From an uncultured archaeon (lineage in GTDB: Archaea > Asgardarchaeota > Thorarchaeia > Thorarchaeales > Thorarchaeaceae), in assembly GCA_964558645.1 (NCBI GenBank), contig CAZLEV010000007.1, positions 64,001 to 128,000 on the forward strand: 64,000 bases of DNA, written 5' to 3'. The notes beneath the pieces are model-generated. The model was not told where the DNA came from, made no database searches, and worked only from the letters and a program-made list of their open reading frames with translations. Position numbers and translations under genes: made by a program. This document shows positions 46,437-56,749 of this stretch, in pieces (the stretch's first letter is position 1; every line of letters begins with the position of its first letter).

Positions 46437-47282
46437 TCACTCAAGTTCTACGCGGGCCACAACGGGTAAATGGTCACTCGCCATAGCTGTGGACACAACC
46501 ACACATGTTAGCACGGTAATGTCAGGGCTTACCCAGATGTAGTCTATCCTTTCGAACGGACCTGTGCTGGGCCATGTATAACCTTCGGGAGAATCGAGTG
46601 GATTTCCTGCGGCGGTCCATGTATCATTGAGATGTTTCGAGATGTCTTGGTAGATTGTGTCGTCTGGGCTCTCAACTCCCGGTTCGGGCTGGCCTGTTGG
46701 GAGGGTATTGAAATCACCCATTAGGACCTTAGGGCCGGAGGTAGCATTCACTGCACTCATCACTTCTTGTGCTTGAGTTGTCCTATCATAGTAGGAGAGT
46801 CCAAGGTGCACTACGAACACATTTAGATCGAGCGAGCCAATCCTGACAACGGTTTCAAGCATGACACGCGGCAATTCCTCATGTGTCAGAAGATGGTACT
46901 TGGCACTGATGATGGGGTGTTTAGAGAGAAGCGCCACTCCAATTATCTGCTCGTTCGAAGGAGGACCGAAGTAGCTGTGCATTCCAAGTTGCGTCGAGAG
47001 CCAGAGCACTGAGTCTATGTTCATAGAGCTAACCCTTCCTGAATCAGACTCCTGTAGACCTACTATGTCTGCCTCAGAATTCAGAATTGTATCACGGACA
47101 TACTCAAGGTTCACTGAGCCATCCGGGGTGTAACCTTGGTAGATGTTGTAGGTCATGACAGTAATAGTCTCAGATGCTGGGGCTTCAGGAGTTGGAGCCA
47201 AAGAGAGAACAAGGCCTGAGGCTGTTCCTATCAAGAAGACAATTGCAAGGGTTGTTACTGTTTTGTGAATAGACGAATCCAC
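46437..47282 (-). CDS. Membrane-anchored EEP (endonuclease/exonuclease/phosphatase) protein, similar to the Cwh43 C-terminal domain
   Basis: MTYNI, GLQESD, GVALLSKHPI, VVHL, LMGDFN, RIDYIW, SDHLPV; N-terminal TM. Confidence 0.88.
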   Translation of the reverse strand: MDSSIHKTVTTLAIVFLIGTASGLVLSLAPTPEAPASETITVMTYNIYQGYTPDGSVNLEYVRDTILNSEADIVGLQESDSGRVSSMNIDSVLWLSTQLGMHSYFGPPSNEQIIGVALLSKHPIISAKYHLLTHEELPRVMLETVVRIGSLDLNVFVVHLGLSYYDRTTQAQEVMSAVNATSGPKVLMGDFNTLPTGQPEPGVESPDDTIYQDISKHLNDTWTAAGNPLDSPEGYTWPSTGPFERIDYIWVSPDITVLTCVVVSTAMASDHLPVVARVELE

Positions 47283-48487
47283 TAGTTAAGCACCTCCTTG
47301 TTGCCGAGTGCTAGAGCGAGGGGTACTGTTGCAGCGAGTGCAAACGATGAAATAATCAGATAAGGGGTAATGCCCTCAAGGGCTGGGAGTATCTGTCCTG
47401 CAACAAGGGCGAGAACATAGAGCAGTGTAAGGAGCAGGAGGATCAGCATTCCGGAGAAATGGAATAGTGCATGGTCTGTGAGAGTCGCGTTGCGAGAGCC
47501 AAGCAAGCCCCAGAGCAGTCGTAGATTGAGCATGAACACGAAGGTGGTTATGCCCGCCAAGACACCGGCTAAAGGCGAGTGCAGATATGCAAAGTCAAGG
47601 GCTGCTAGAAGGGCCAAGAGATTTAGTGCTGCAAGAGTGGGCTTGCGACTCAATTGCTGAACTAATCTTGTGTTGAGAACTGCCAGAGCGTAGGTGATGA
47701 GGCCGAGAATAACTGAGAGTCCAGCAATCTCATAGGAACTGGTGGTCCATCGAGCTATTACATTGGGATACGCTAAGAAGGTGAGAAATGCAAACATCAC
47801 TCCTCCAAACCCCAGACCAGCCGCGAACACTGCACCTCTTGATATTGAGGAAGGCTCGCTTACCTGTGAAGAAGCCACGGCTGACGGAAGCAGATGACTC
47901 AGATAGGCAAACGACCCAGCGAGAACACACAAGAGTGGGGCTATCACAATTCCGAGTGGACCAGTGGACAAGTCCCAGGTGATGCCAAGGGTTCTTAGCA
48001 TGAGATCACCTGCAATAGCCAGCGAGAAGGCTGCACTGAAGAGGTTGGGAACTGACAAAGCAGGACTCGGTTCGGCTTTGAACTGGGATTCCGTGGCAAC
48101 TGGAAGATACATGCCGTAGAACAAGACAGTCAGTCCCGCAGTAATCATGTAGAGCATAGCAGTTGTCTGAACAAAAGGCATGATGAATCGAAACAGGATG
48201 ACTCCTATCACACTAGACACTCTCAGAGACTCAGCTTGAGCATTCCGAAATGGTATAACCACGGCAGGTGATAGCAGTAAGAAAATAAGCGCAACAGAAG
48301 GTCCCAACGACATTGCACCAAGGTTCTGGAAGTATATCTGACCAATGAACTCTCTGACGCTCTGGAGAAAGAATAGAGTCATCATGAGGGGCAGTAGTAG
48401 ATGATTCATGAGTAAGCTCAACTCATCTCTTGAGAAGGCGTCTGTCACCCTCTTGGCTAGAGCTTGGGTAGATGTTCTTTCGGTCAT
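47282..48487 (-). CDS. Multi-pass membrane protein (Cwh43/PGAP2IP TM-region-like), coupled to the EEP gene
   Basis: About 12 TM. Its TAG stop shares the G with the GTG start of the EEP gene; AAGGAGGTG lies just upstream. LAYPNVIARWT recalls the Cwh43 'IxxW' TM motif. Confidence 0.7.
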   Translation of the reverse strand: MTERTSTQALAKRVTDAFSRDELSLLMNHLLLPLMMTLFFLQSVREFIGQIYFQNLGAMSLGPSVALIFLLLSPAVVIPFRNAQAESLRVSSVIGVILFRFIMPFVQTTAMLYMITAGLTVLFYGMYLPVATESQFKAEPSPALSVPNLFSAAFSLAIAGDLMLRTLGITWDLSTGPLGIVIAPLLCVLAGSFAYLSHLLPSAVASSQVSEPSSISRGAVFAAGLGFGGVMFAFLTFLAYPNVIARWTTSSYEIAGLSVILGLITYALAVLNTRLVQQLSRKPTLAALNLLALLAALDFAYLHSPLAGVLAGITTFVFMLNLRLLWGLLGSRNATLTDHALFHFSGMLILLLLTLLYVLALVAGQILPALEGITPYLIISSFALAATVPLALALGNKEVLN

Positions 48488-48914
48488 CGTTCATCACCTT
48501 GGCATACAGGCCATGAGTCTGGTGTTAAACCGGGACAAAAGCGTTTTCATGCTCATGGCCCTGTTTCTCTATTGAATGAAACGCCTTACATCAGCTTCTT
48601 TTGGTGTACTCCAAGATAAATGAATTCTGACTATTTTGACTCAGGTCTTTCTACCAATTCATAGATTAAGTTCACTATCGACTCGACCACCGAGTCGTCT
48701 TTGGTCACAATGCCGACTTCCCAAGTTGAGCCGCCTGCTGAACTGCTGTTGAGGTCCATCGAAGAGGTGCTGGCTTAGCCCTATGAAACGGATTTCCTAG
48801 TAGTGCGTTCTAGGAGCAGATCAGGACATAAAAGCGGGCAAATGAGATGTATTTCACGAGTAAGATGCAAAGCTGAGATTCTTCTTGCCTATTCTTCTGC
48901 TTTCATGAACTCGT

Positions 48915-49439
48915 TCACGCTGTAAGCCTCTTTCGCCTCAGAGCAATTATGACTATAACAGTAATACCTCCAAGGATACCTACCGCAAGCAGATAATCCA
49001 TGCTGGTCAGATTGAAAAAGGGTGCGGGTTCTGCGCTCGTAACTGTGACCCAGACAGTATCAAATGACATATTGCCAGCCATATCTCGAACGACTACTGT
49101 GATATTATGGATGCCAACTCCCAGACCATCCAATTCGAAGACAATCTCGATTGGACTTGTATCCCATGCACCATAATCGGAGATTGTTCCATTGTTGAAA
49201 ATCACATATCCATAGGGATTATCGTCAGAGCATACCCAGATGATGGTTCTACCAGTTGTTCCCTCTGTCATCGTCACATTCTCTGGAGATGAGATGGTAG
49301 GTGGTGTAATGTCACCATGTGCATTTCCGTATGCTGTAACTGGCTCTGCAGCAAAGCCAAGAAACAGCACGATGCCCATGAAAACAATCGATGCCACCTT
49401 TCGTTTTCTCAAGAAGAAAGAGTGTGAAATCAGCATCAT
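48915..49439 (-). CDS. Small membrane-anchored protein with a single Ig-like repeat
   Basis: Signal peptide; DITPPTISSPEN...EGTTGRTIIW...DGLGVGIHNITVVVRDMAGN...DTVWVTV; TM; RRKR. Confidence 0.8.
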   Translation of the reverse strand: MMLISHSFFLRKRKVASIVFMGIVLFLGFAAEPVTAYGNAHGDITPPTISSPENVTMTEGTTGRTIIWVCSDDNPYGYVIFNNGTISDYGAWDTSPIEIVFELDGLGVGIHNITVVVRDMAGNMSFDTVWVTVTSAEPAPFFNLTSMDYLLAVGILGGITVIVIIALRRKRLTA

Positions 49440-49709
49440 TTATCACCACGCTTTAATCAAAGAGTTGTCGAAAGTACATTCAAAACGGAGATAAGAATCT
49501 TTCCTAAGCTAGGACTCTGTGTGAAAAGTTGAAACGAGTAATTGCCCGTGCATGTCATGTGGTGCCATCCTCCAAGATTCTTCTTCAAGTATTTCCCTGA
49601 AATCACACTGCCGTTGGAGCAGGCCTTCAGTAGCTGTTGGGATGTCAAGACCATGCCGTCTTTGAAGAGATTCGCTTTGGAGTGATTGTCTTTAGTAATT
49701 CTTATGTAA

Positions 49710-52256
49710 TTGCTTGCCCTAGATACAGATACTGGGATTGCGACGATGACAAAGCTGACGAGTTCCTCGATATTCGTCCTACTGCTATTCATCGGCTTCG
49801 GTTTCTCCAGCATTGGTATTAGCATCTCTTTTACTGGGGCTATCCCTGTTGGTCAAAGGCAGTACGTGATTCCTGCCGGCGCCTACATCCCCCATTCACC
49901 TATCACCATCACCAACAACACCGACTTTTTCAGACAGGGCTGGCCCGGAAATGGTACTGAAGATGACCCGTATGTCATAGAGAGTTTCAACATCACAGCT
50001 AGTTCCACAGGCATTAAAGTAAGCAACACAGATGTCTATTTTGAGGTTCGAAACTGTCTGATTTCTGCTCCAAGTCAATCGAGCAGTGATGGAATTGTCC
50101 TTGAGAATGTGACCCATGGGACTGTAAAGGGGTGTGTTGTTGAATTATATAGTGCAGGAGTGCACCTTTGGTCATCTTTCTCATGCAGGCTGGCAAACAA
50201 CACGGTTTCGAATAATGAATTGGGGTTTAGTGTTTCTTCTTCTTCCAGCATCTCCCTCATGGATAATACAGCCACAAGTAATGGCATATATGGGGTCTAT
50301 ATCTATGGCTCCGATTCTTGTACCTTGGTCCACAACACAGCCCGAAAGAACAGATATGGTTTCTATCTCCTCAGGTGCAATTCCTCCACCCTGACGAACA
50401 ATACTGCAACTAGGAATGAATACGGGTTTTATATCCGCTCAGCGTCATGTACCATGATGGACAACACAGCCACTGACAACACCTATGGATTCTACCTCTC
50501 TGCCCATCATGAGTTTTTTGGTTCCATCGGTTCCTACACCTTGACTCACAACACAGCCACCGATAATGACTATGGATTTTCACTCTTCTCAATGTCCTCA
50601 AAGTCACCATGCATCCTGATTCACAACATAGCCACTAGAAATGCCTATGGCATCCACCTTGCATATTCTTCTGACTGTATCCTAACAAATAATACACTCA
50701 ATAACAATGGATTGGTATTTGATGGGTATCTTCTGGCTCACTGGTTACACAACATGTCAGATAACACAGTCAATGACAGACCCCTTGGTTACTTCAAGTC
50801 GGTCAACGACACGGTCATCGATGGTGACCAGTACGGGCAGGTGATCCTTGCTAACTGCTCCCGCATCGTGGTGAAAAATGGAACTTTCATTGCTGCCTCG
50901 ATTGGCATCCAGCTTGCGTTCAGCACAAACTGTACCTTGACTCACAACACAGCCATGAACAATGCCGTGAGCGGTATTCATCTCTCAGAATCGCTCAGTT
51001 GCATCATGAAGAATAATACACTCAATAACAATGGATTGGTATTTGATGGGTATCTTCTGGCTCACTGGTTACACAACATGTCAGATAACACAGTCAATGA
51101 CAGACCCCTTGGTTACTTCAAGTCGGTCAACGACACGGTCATCGATGGTGACCAGTACGGGCAGGTGATCCTTGCTAACTGCTCCCGCATCGTGGTGAAA
51201 AATGGAACTTTCATTGCTGCCTCGATTGGCATCCAGCTTGCGTTCAGCACAAACTGTACCTTGACTCACAACACAGCCACTGGGAATGGAGAATCGGGAT
51301 TCTTTCTTGCCAGCTCTGATTCTTGTATCCTGACTCACAACACGGCTATCGGTAATAGACACAGTGGATTCCGTTTCAGTGGGTCCGATTCTTGCATCCT
51401 GACTCACAACACAGCCACTGGGAATGGAGAATCGGGATTCTTTCTTGCCAGCTCTGATTCTTGTATCCTGACTCACAACACGGCTATCGGTAATAGACAC
51501 AGTGGATTCCGTTTCAGTGGGTCCGATTCTTGCATCCTGACTCACAACATGGCCACCGAAAATGATCATGGTTTCTATCTTAGCTCTAGTTTCTGCATCC
51601 TGACGAACAACACTGCTGCATTGAATGGATTTGGCATTTGTCTACCCCATCCCTCCTTTGGAAATCTCTTATTGTTCAACAGGCTCTTCTACAACAGCCA
51701 GAGCAATGGTCATGATGATGGCGGGCAGAACAGCTGGGACAATGGAATACATGGTAATTACTGGGGCGATTACGGTGGAGAGGGTACATACCTTGTACCT
51801 GGCTTTGCTGGAAGTGTCGATCATCATCCCTATGTCCTTGAAGCCTGTCCCCCCACCATCTTAATCTATGGGCCTGCAATCCTTCAGTATGAGGAGGGGG
51901 CTACCGGACATTTGATTACATGGGGACTGGAGCACCCTCATCCCGGTGACTATGTCATCTACCGGAATGGCTCAGTGGTGAGGGCGGGAGTCTGGAACTG
52001 CAGTTCGGAGAACATTACCATCTCCGTGGACGGGCTGACGGTGGGGCTCTACAACTACACGCTGGTGGTGAGGGACATTGTGGACAACCGTGCGGCAGCC
52101 GCAGTCTTTGTGCGAGTGGTGCAGAAAGGGTCGTCACCGGAGGAGCCCGAAGACAGGGGAGATGTATTCTCACTGCTCGTAATGGTGTCAGCTGCGGCCA
52201 TAATGGGAGAGGTTGCAATTGCCATCGTGATTGTCAGGGACAGAAGGGAGCACTGA
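49710..52256 (+). CDS. Beta-helix (NosD/CASH) surface glycoprotein + 1 Ig-like repeat + TM
   Basis: HSPITITNNTDF...GNGTEDDPYVIE cap, PbH1 repeats, NSWDNGIHGNYWGDY, YEEGATGHLITW, TM. True start may be ATG 49746. Confidence 0.88.
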   Translation: MLALDTDTGIATMTKLTSSSIFVLLLFIGFGFSSIGISISFTGAIPVGQRQYVIPAGAYIPHSPITITNNTDFFRQGWPGNGTEDDPYVIESFNITASSTGIKVSNTDVYFEVRNCLISAPSQSSSDGIVLENVTHGTVKGCVVELYSAGVHLWSSFSCRLANNTVSNNELGFSVSSSSSISLMDNTATSNGIYGVYIYGSDSCTLVHNTARKNRYGFYLLRCNSSTLTNNTATRNEYGFYIRSASCTMMDNTATDNTYGFYLSAHHEFFGSIGSYTLTHNTATDNDYGFSLFSMSSKSPCILIHNIATRNAYGIHLAYSSDCILTNNTLNNNGLVFDGYLLAHWLHNMSDNTVNDRPLGYFKSVNDTVIDGDQYGQVILANCSRIVVKNGTFIAASIGIQLAFSTNCTLTHNTAMNNAVSGIHLSESLSCIMKNNTLNNNGLVFDGYLLAHWLHNMSDNTVNDRPLGYFKSVNDTVIDGDQYGQVILANCSRIVVKNGTFIAASIGIQLAFSTNCTLTHNTATGNGESGFFLASSDSCILTHNTAIGNRHSGFRFSGSDSCILTHNTATGNGESGFFLASSDSCILTHNTAIGNRHSGFRFSGSDSCILTHNMATENDHGFYLSSSFCILTNNTAALNGFGICLPHPSFGNLLLFNRLFYNSQSNGHDDGGQNSWDNGIHGNYWGDYGGEGTYLVPGFAGSVDHHPYVLEACPPTILIYGPAILQYEEGATGHLITWGLEHPHPGDYVIYRNGSVVRAGVWNCSSENITISVDGLTVGLYNYTLVVRDIVDNRAAAAVFVRVVQKGSSPEEPEDRGDVFSLLVMVSAAAIMGEVAIAIVIVRDRREH
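50688..51279. repeat. Exact 268-nt direct repeat (period 324 nt) inside a CDS
   Basis: 50688-50955 matches 51012-51279 by eye; encodes NNTLNNNGLVFDGY...STNCTLTHNTA twice. Confidence 0.92.
51262..51549. repeat. Exact 138-nt tandem duplication (two beta-helix turns) inside a CDS
   Basis: 51262-51399 equals 51400-51537, plus 12 nt of a third copy. Confidence 0.92.
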
Positions 52257-53140
52257 GGACAAGGGCCATTTTTCTGAGGTATAGAAAGGCTGCGAGATGT
52301 AGTATGGTTCCCCCATTCCAAGCTCACCCGAGGAGCAAGGTGAGAGTAGGATTTAGAGGGCTTTCAGTGCCCGCAATGACATCCATTATAGTCTACTCTA
52401 GGAACAAAGCAAAATGTGTTTGGGCCATGCCAGCGTTCGATTCAATAGGAGGTGATACTACATCATCCTCCAATGATTTAGCCTGAGCTAGTCCGTTCCT
52501 ACAGGGTGTTTCAGGAACATAGACTGCAAAGAGGCTTATGTGGAGTTCGTTCGTGCCATCAATCTTCATCTTCTCCTTGTCTTAATTAGCAAGGCACTTG
52601 CTCTTACCCGACTTGCTCTTTTCCTAGTTTTCAGGTTTTCCAGAGTTCCAAAGGACTAATTTGGGAAACTACTTGGGAAGGAGAAGTAGTCGATGTGGGA
52701 CTGATACCCAAAGACCAGCTCATCGATTATTTCGGTTCTAATGAGAAAGCATCCTCTGAAATGGCAAAATATCCGCATTACGAAGAAACGCTTCTCCACC
52801 ATCTGGTTGAAAGCAGTCATCTTTCGCAACCACGAGCTATTTCTCCCAGCCTCAAAACGCAAGTTGATTATTCTCAGGGTCCTTCGCCTGTTTGGGACAT
52901 AGACAACTACTACAATCTTGGAGATTATGCTACGAAAATATCTGAAATTTGCTCTGCACCTAATCTCAAAGTAACTCTGCATCTGTCATTGTCTTCTGGA
53001 GTTACAACTGCCACTAGTGTCAATGGAGGTGCTTTGTCGTATGGAGAAGGAACAGCTTATTCCACTACAAGTACGAAGATATTCTCAGTCGAGAATGGTG
53101 CAGTTCTGATGTGCTGTCGTGTTGACATTGTACTGGCGCT

Positions 53141-56100
53141 CTAAGCAGACGTTCGTTGTTTCATCACGAAGAACACTGCGAGAACAGCGGCAAATCCGAT
53201 TGCGCCGATTACCGCAACCAGTATCAACGGGTCTAATTCGGATGGTTCTGTAGGAGTGGTAGTGGTTGTCGTAGTAGATGTTGTTTCTGTCGTGGTGGGC
53301 GTAGTGTCAGCAGGAGTCACTGTCACGAATACAGTATCGCTTGCGCTATTGCCGCTTGAGTCAACTACAACAACGGTATAATTGTAGACACCGGCCTCAA
53401 GACCGTCCACAAGTATTGATATGTTGTTCCCATACACTGAACTGGACAGAAGAAAGCTTCCATTTCGGTAGATAGAGTGATTGAGGGGACTTAGATCAAA
53501 TACATGCCAGACGATAGAATAGCCGGTGCTGCCATACTGATACTCGATATCATCCGGATGATCTACAGTGGGTGGTGTTGTGTCTACTACCGTGACAATT
53601 ACTGTACTACTGGTAGAGTTTCCTCTTATGTCGAACACAACGAGGGTATAGTTATGCACTCCGAGATGTAGCCCATCGATGCCTATGATGATGTCTGAAC
53701 CGTTCCAATTATCGCCAGTAAAGTACATATCGTTCCGATACAGCTCGTAAGATTGCGGGTAAGGATGTCTGGGGCTCCAAACGATCGAATGACCCGTCGT
53801 ACCTAGTTCGTATTCTATGTCTTCAGGATGGTTAATGGTTGGAGCGTATCCTGCAAAGAACATTGGGTGCCAGTCTCTGCTTCCGCTTGATCCTCCAATG
53901 AGATACTCCCCAACTCCCTCGTAATCGTCCCAGTAGTTGCCATGTGTGCCATTATCCCAGCTGTTGACTCCGCTGTCGTCCACAGCATTCGCTATGTTGT
54001 ATGCAAGAAAGTTAAGATACACCAGACCGCCATCGCAATAGGAGAGATGAATACCTCTTTCGTTGCCGGTGGCTGAGTTGCCAGTTAAGACGAAATCACT
54101 GGAAGATGTGATATAATACCCGCTTTCTGAGTCGGTTGCAGTATTGTTTGCAACCAAGCATTCGGTTGAGTGGGCCAGCATGTATCCGTTACCTGTAATC
54201 GCTTGAGCAGTATTCTTTGTCAGAGAACAATCGGCACACTCAGTCAAATAGAATCCTTGATCTGAGCCCATGACCACGTTATCGATGAGGTTACAGGTTT
54301 CACAGTGGTCGAGATACATTGCGACTCTCCCGCCACTGACCGTATTCCCGATCAGAGTGCAGTTGTAGCAGTATCCAAGTTGAATGCCATCTACATCGAC
54401 ATATGAGCCATCTGACACGATGACATTGGAACAATTCGCAAGTATGACCTGTGCGAACTCACTGCCATCTACTGCAAGGTTGGAACTGCTTCTGAAATAC
54501 CCCAACGGTTTCCCATTGACCATATTGTCAGTCAATTCATGCAACCAGTGAGATACATGCCATCCTCGAAGACGAAAACCAATGCCAACAACCTCATTCT
54601 GGATAAGCACACAATTAGCTGAGTTCTCGAGATAGACATCATGATCTGAGTTGTTGCTAGCGGTGTTGTTTGTCAGGGTGTTGTCATCCGCGTAGAGCAG
54701 GTAGAGCCCGTAGTCTGCGTTATTACTGGCCGAGTTTCTGTCGAATATGCAACTCTCAGACCTGTCTGCATGGAATCCACTTCCTGTGTTGAATTCGGCG
54801 GTATTGAAGACTAGACTGCAATTCGTAGATTCTCGCAAGTAGAATCCATGATTCATGTTGTTGCTGGCGGAGTTATAGCTCATGTCGCAATAATGAGAAT
54901 CGTTGGAGAAGTACCCACTACCTGTATTGAGATTGGCAGTATTGTAGTTGAGCGTGCAATTCAGGGATCCCTTCAGATGGTATCCATGTTCGACGTTGTT
55001 GTCCGCCACGTTGTGCGTTAGATTGCAGGCGGCTGTATTGAGGAGGTAGAATCCGTGTTCTCCGTTGTTGCCCGCGGAGTTATAGTTCAGGATACAATCA
55101 TCTGAACCATCAAGGTAGAATCCACTCCACATGTTGAGATTGGCGACGTTGTAGCTCAGTGTAAAGCCCTCGGAATTCCTCAGGTAGAATCCGCTTCTGT
55201 TGTTATTGTCAGCTACATTGTATGTCACGTTGCAGTCCCGCGAATCCCGCAGATAGAACCCATCCCCTGAGTCAGTGACTGTGTTGTTGTTCAAAGTGCA
55301 GTCGCTAGACGTGTACAAGTAGTATCCTGAGTAGCAGCCGATGGCTGTGTTGTTGGTCAGATTAGAGCTTCCAGACCTTCGCAGATAGAGACCCGTACCT
55401 GTGTTGATAAGGGTGTTGTTTTCCAGGACGCAGTGAGTAGAATCTTCTATGTAGAAACCCGCATACTCAACATCAGTGGCTGTGTTGTTGACGAGAATGG
55501 AATTGGGCGACTTGTATAGATAGTACGTTTGGCGTGAACCGGTCGCGGTGTTATTGATGATTGTACAGGTCGGGCTGAATCCCAGCTGGATACCCATCGC
55601 ACTCGTGAATACACCATTTGCCACTGTGATTTTGGAGCAGTTAGCTAGAATCACCTGGCCGAAATCACTAGCATCAACAACTTGGTCTGAAGCGTTGCGA
55701 ACGTACTTCAGAGGTCTTCCATTAACAGTGTTATCCGTGATGTTATGAGCCAGCCAGTGACTGAGTGAATCTCCCCTGATTCGAAGACCACCTCCCTCTA
55801 GAGTGTTGTTGGCCAGTGTGCAGTTGCTCGAATTCAGCAACTGAATTCCATCACCTACGGCATTCTCAGCTGTGTTGTTGCTCAACAGGCAATCTGTGAG
55901 GCTTTGGAGATAATAACCCGTGTACGAGCCATATGCAGTATTGTTTCTCACTGTGAGGTTTGATGACAGACTCATGACAAATCCATATGATGGATTGTCG
56001 ATTGCTATGTTGTGCTCCAAGGTGCAATCATTGGACCAGTGCAAACTGACTCCATGTTGAGAACTATTCCTAGCTGTGTTATAGTTCAGGACGGAGTCGG

Positions 56101-56749
56101 AGATTTGATGCATTTGGAAGCCATATCCACCATGGTCAGTGGCATTATTTCGGGTCAGAGTAGCATTTGGCGAATTATCCAAGTAGAATCCGGATTCGGA
56201 GTTTCCTACAGCTTCATTCTCAGCCAGAGTGCAGTGCTCAGACTGTGCAAGCGTGAAGCCGTAGCGCGTGTTAGAATGCGCTGTGTTGTTGAACAGAGTA
56301 CAGTTATTTGAACTATCAAGAACAATCCCATCTCGGTGCGAGCTGATGATGGTGTTCCGGATTGTGCCATTGCCTACGTTATAGAAGACAATCCCGTGGG
56401 TCTCTACGGGATCCGCAGCGGAGATCAGACAATCACTGATTTCGAAGTAGACATCCGTATTGCTGATGCTGATACATGTTGAGTTGTGGGTAATATTCAG
56501 TCCTGCAATGACATACGGGTTTCCCAGACTGCCATTTCCGGGCCACGACTGACTTTCGAAGTCAGCATTGCTGGTGATGACGATTGGGTCATGTTCAGTG
56601 TACGCTACATTGAAACTCTGGTTGGGCTCTAACGATGGCACTGGGGAAGTTTCAGATTCGTTGTATCCGATGGGAGCGGCGAGCAGTATTAGTCCCACGA
56701 CGAAAAGAACAAGTATTCTCATATCGGGTGGTTTCCTCCTGTCATGCAA
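53141..56749 (-). CDS. Beta-helix (NosD/CASH) surface glycoprotein + 2 Ig-like repeats + Thr linker + TM
   Basis: HDPIVITSNADF...GNGSLGNPYVI cap, many PbH1 repeats, NSWDNGTHGNYWDDY, YELGTTGHSIVW, poly-Thr, TM. Start may be the ATG at about 56722. Confidence 0.9.
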   Translation of the reverse strand: MHDRRKPPDMRILVLFVVGLILLAAPIGYNESETSPVPSLEPNQSFNVAYTEHDPIVITSNADFESQSWPGNGSLGNPYVIAGLNITHNSTCISISNTDVYFEISDCLISAADPVETHGIVFYNVGNGTIRNTIISSHRDGIVLDSSNNCTLFNNTAHSNTRYGFTLAQSEHCTLAENEAVGNSESGFYLDNSPNATLTRNNATDHGGYGFQMHQISDSVLNYNTARNSSQHGVSLHWSNDCTLEHNIAIDNPSYGFVMSLSSNLTVRNNTAYGSYTGYYLQSLTDCLLSNNTAENAVGDGIQLLNSSNCTLANNTLEGGGLRIRGDSLSHWLAHNITDNTVNGRPLKYVRNASDQVVDASDFGQVILANCSKITVANGVFTSAMGIQLGFSPTCTIINNTATGSRQTYYLYKSPNSILVNNTATDVEYAGFYIEDSTHCVLENNTLINTGTGLYLRRSGSSNLTNNTAIGCYSGYYLYTSSDCTLNNNTVTDSGDGFYLRDSRDCNVTYNVADNNNRSGFYLRNSEGFTLSYNVANLNMWSGFYLDGSDDCILNYNSAGNNGEHGFYLLNTAACNLTHNVADNNVEHGYHLKGSLNCTLNYNTANLNTGSGYFSNDSHYCDMSYNSASNNMNHGFYLRESTNCSLVFNTAEFNTGSGFHADRSESCIFDRNSASNNADYGLYLLYADDNTLTNNTASNNSDHDVYLENSANCVLIQNEVVGIGFRLRGWHVSHWLHELTDNMVNGKPLGYFRSSSNLAVDGSEFAQVILANCSNVIVSDGSYVDVDGIQLGYCYNCTLIGNTVSGGRVAMYLDHCETCNLIDNVVMGSDQGFYLTECADCSLTKNTAQAITGNGYMLAHSTECLVANNTATDSESGYYITSSSDFVLTGNSATGNERGIHLSYCDGGLVYLNFLAYNIANAVDDSGVNSWDNGTHGNYWDDYEGVGEYLIGGSSGSRDWHPMFFAGYAPTINHPEDIEYELGTTGHSIVWSPRHPYPQSYELYRNDMYFTGDNWNGSDIIIGIDGLHLGVHNYTLVVFDIRGNSTSSTVIVTVVDTTPPTVDHPDDIEYQYGSTGYSIVWHVFDLSPLNHSIYRNGSFLLSSSVYGNNISILVDGLEAGVYNYTVVVVDSSGNSASDTVFVTVTPADTTPTTTETTSTTTTTTTPTEPSELDPLILVAVIGAIGFAAVLAVFFVMKQRTSA

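Noticed and set aside
47280-47290. Frameshift artefact splitting one gene
   Set aside because: A strong AAGGAGGTG SD and one-base stop/start overlap favour two real coupled genes, although reads should be checked.
50688-51279. Diversity-generating retroelement TR/VR pair
   Set aside because: The copies are identical with no adenine-specific mismatches, both are coding, and no reverse transcriptase is present in the window.
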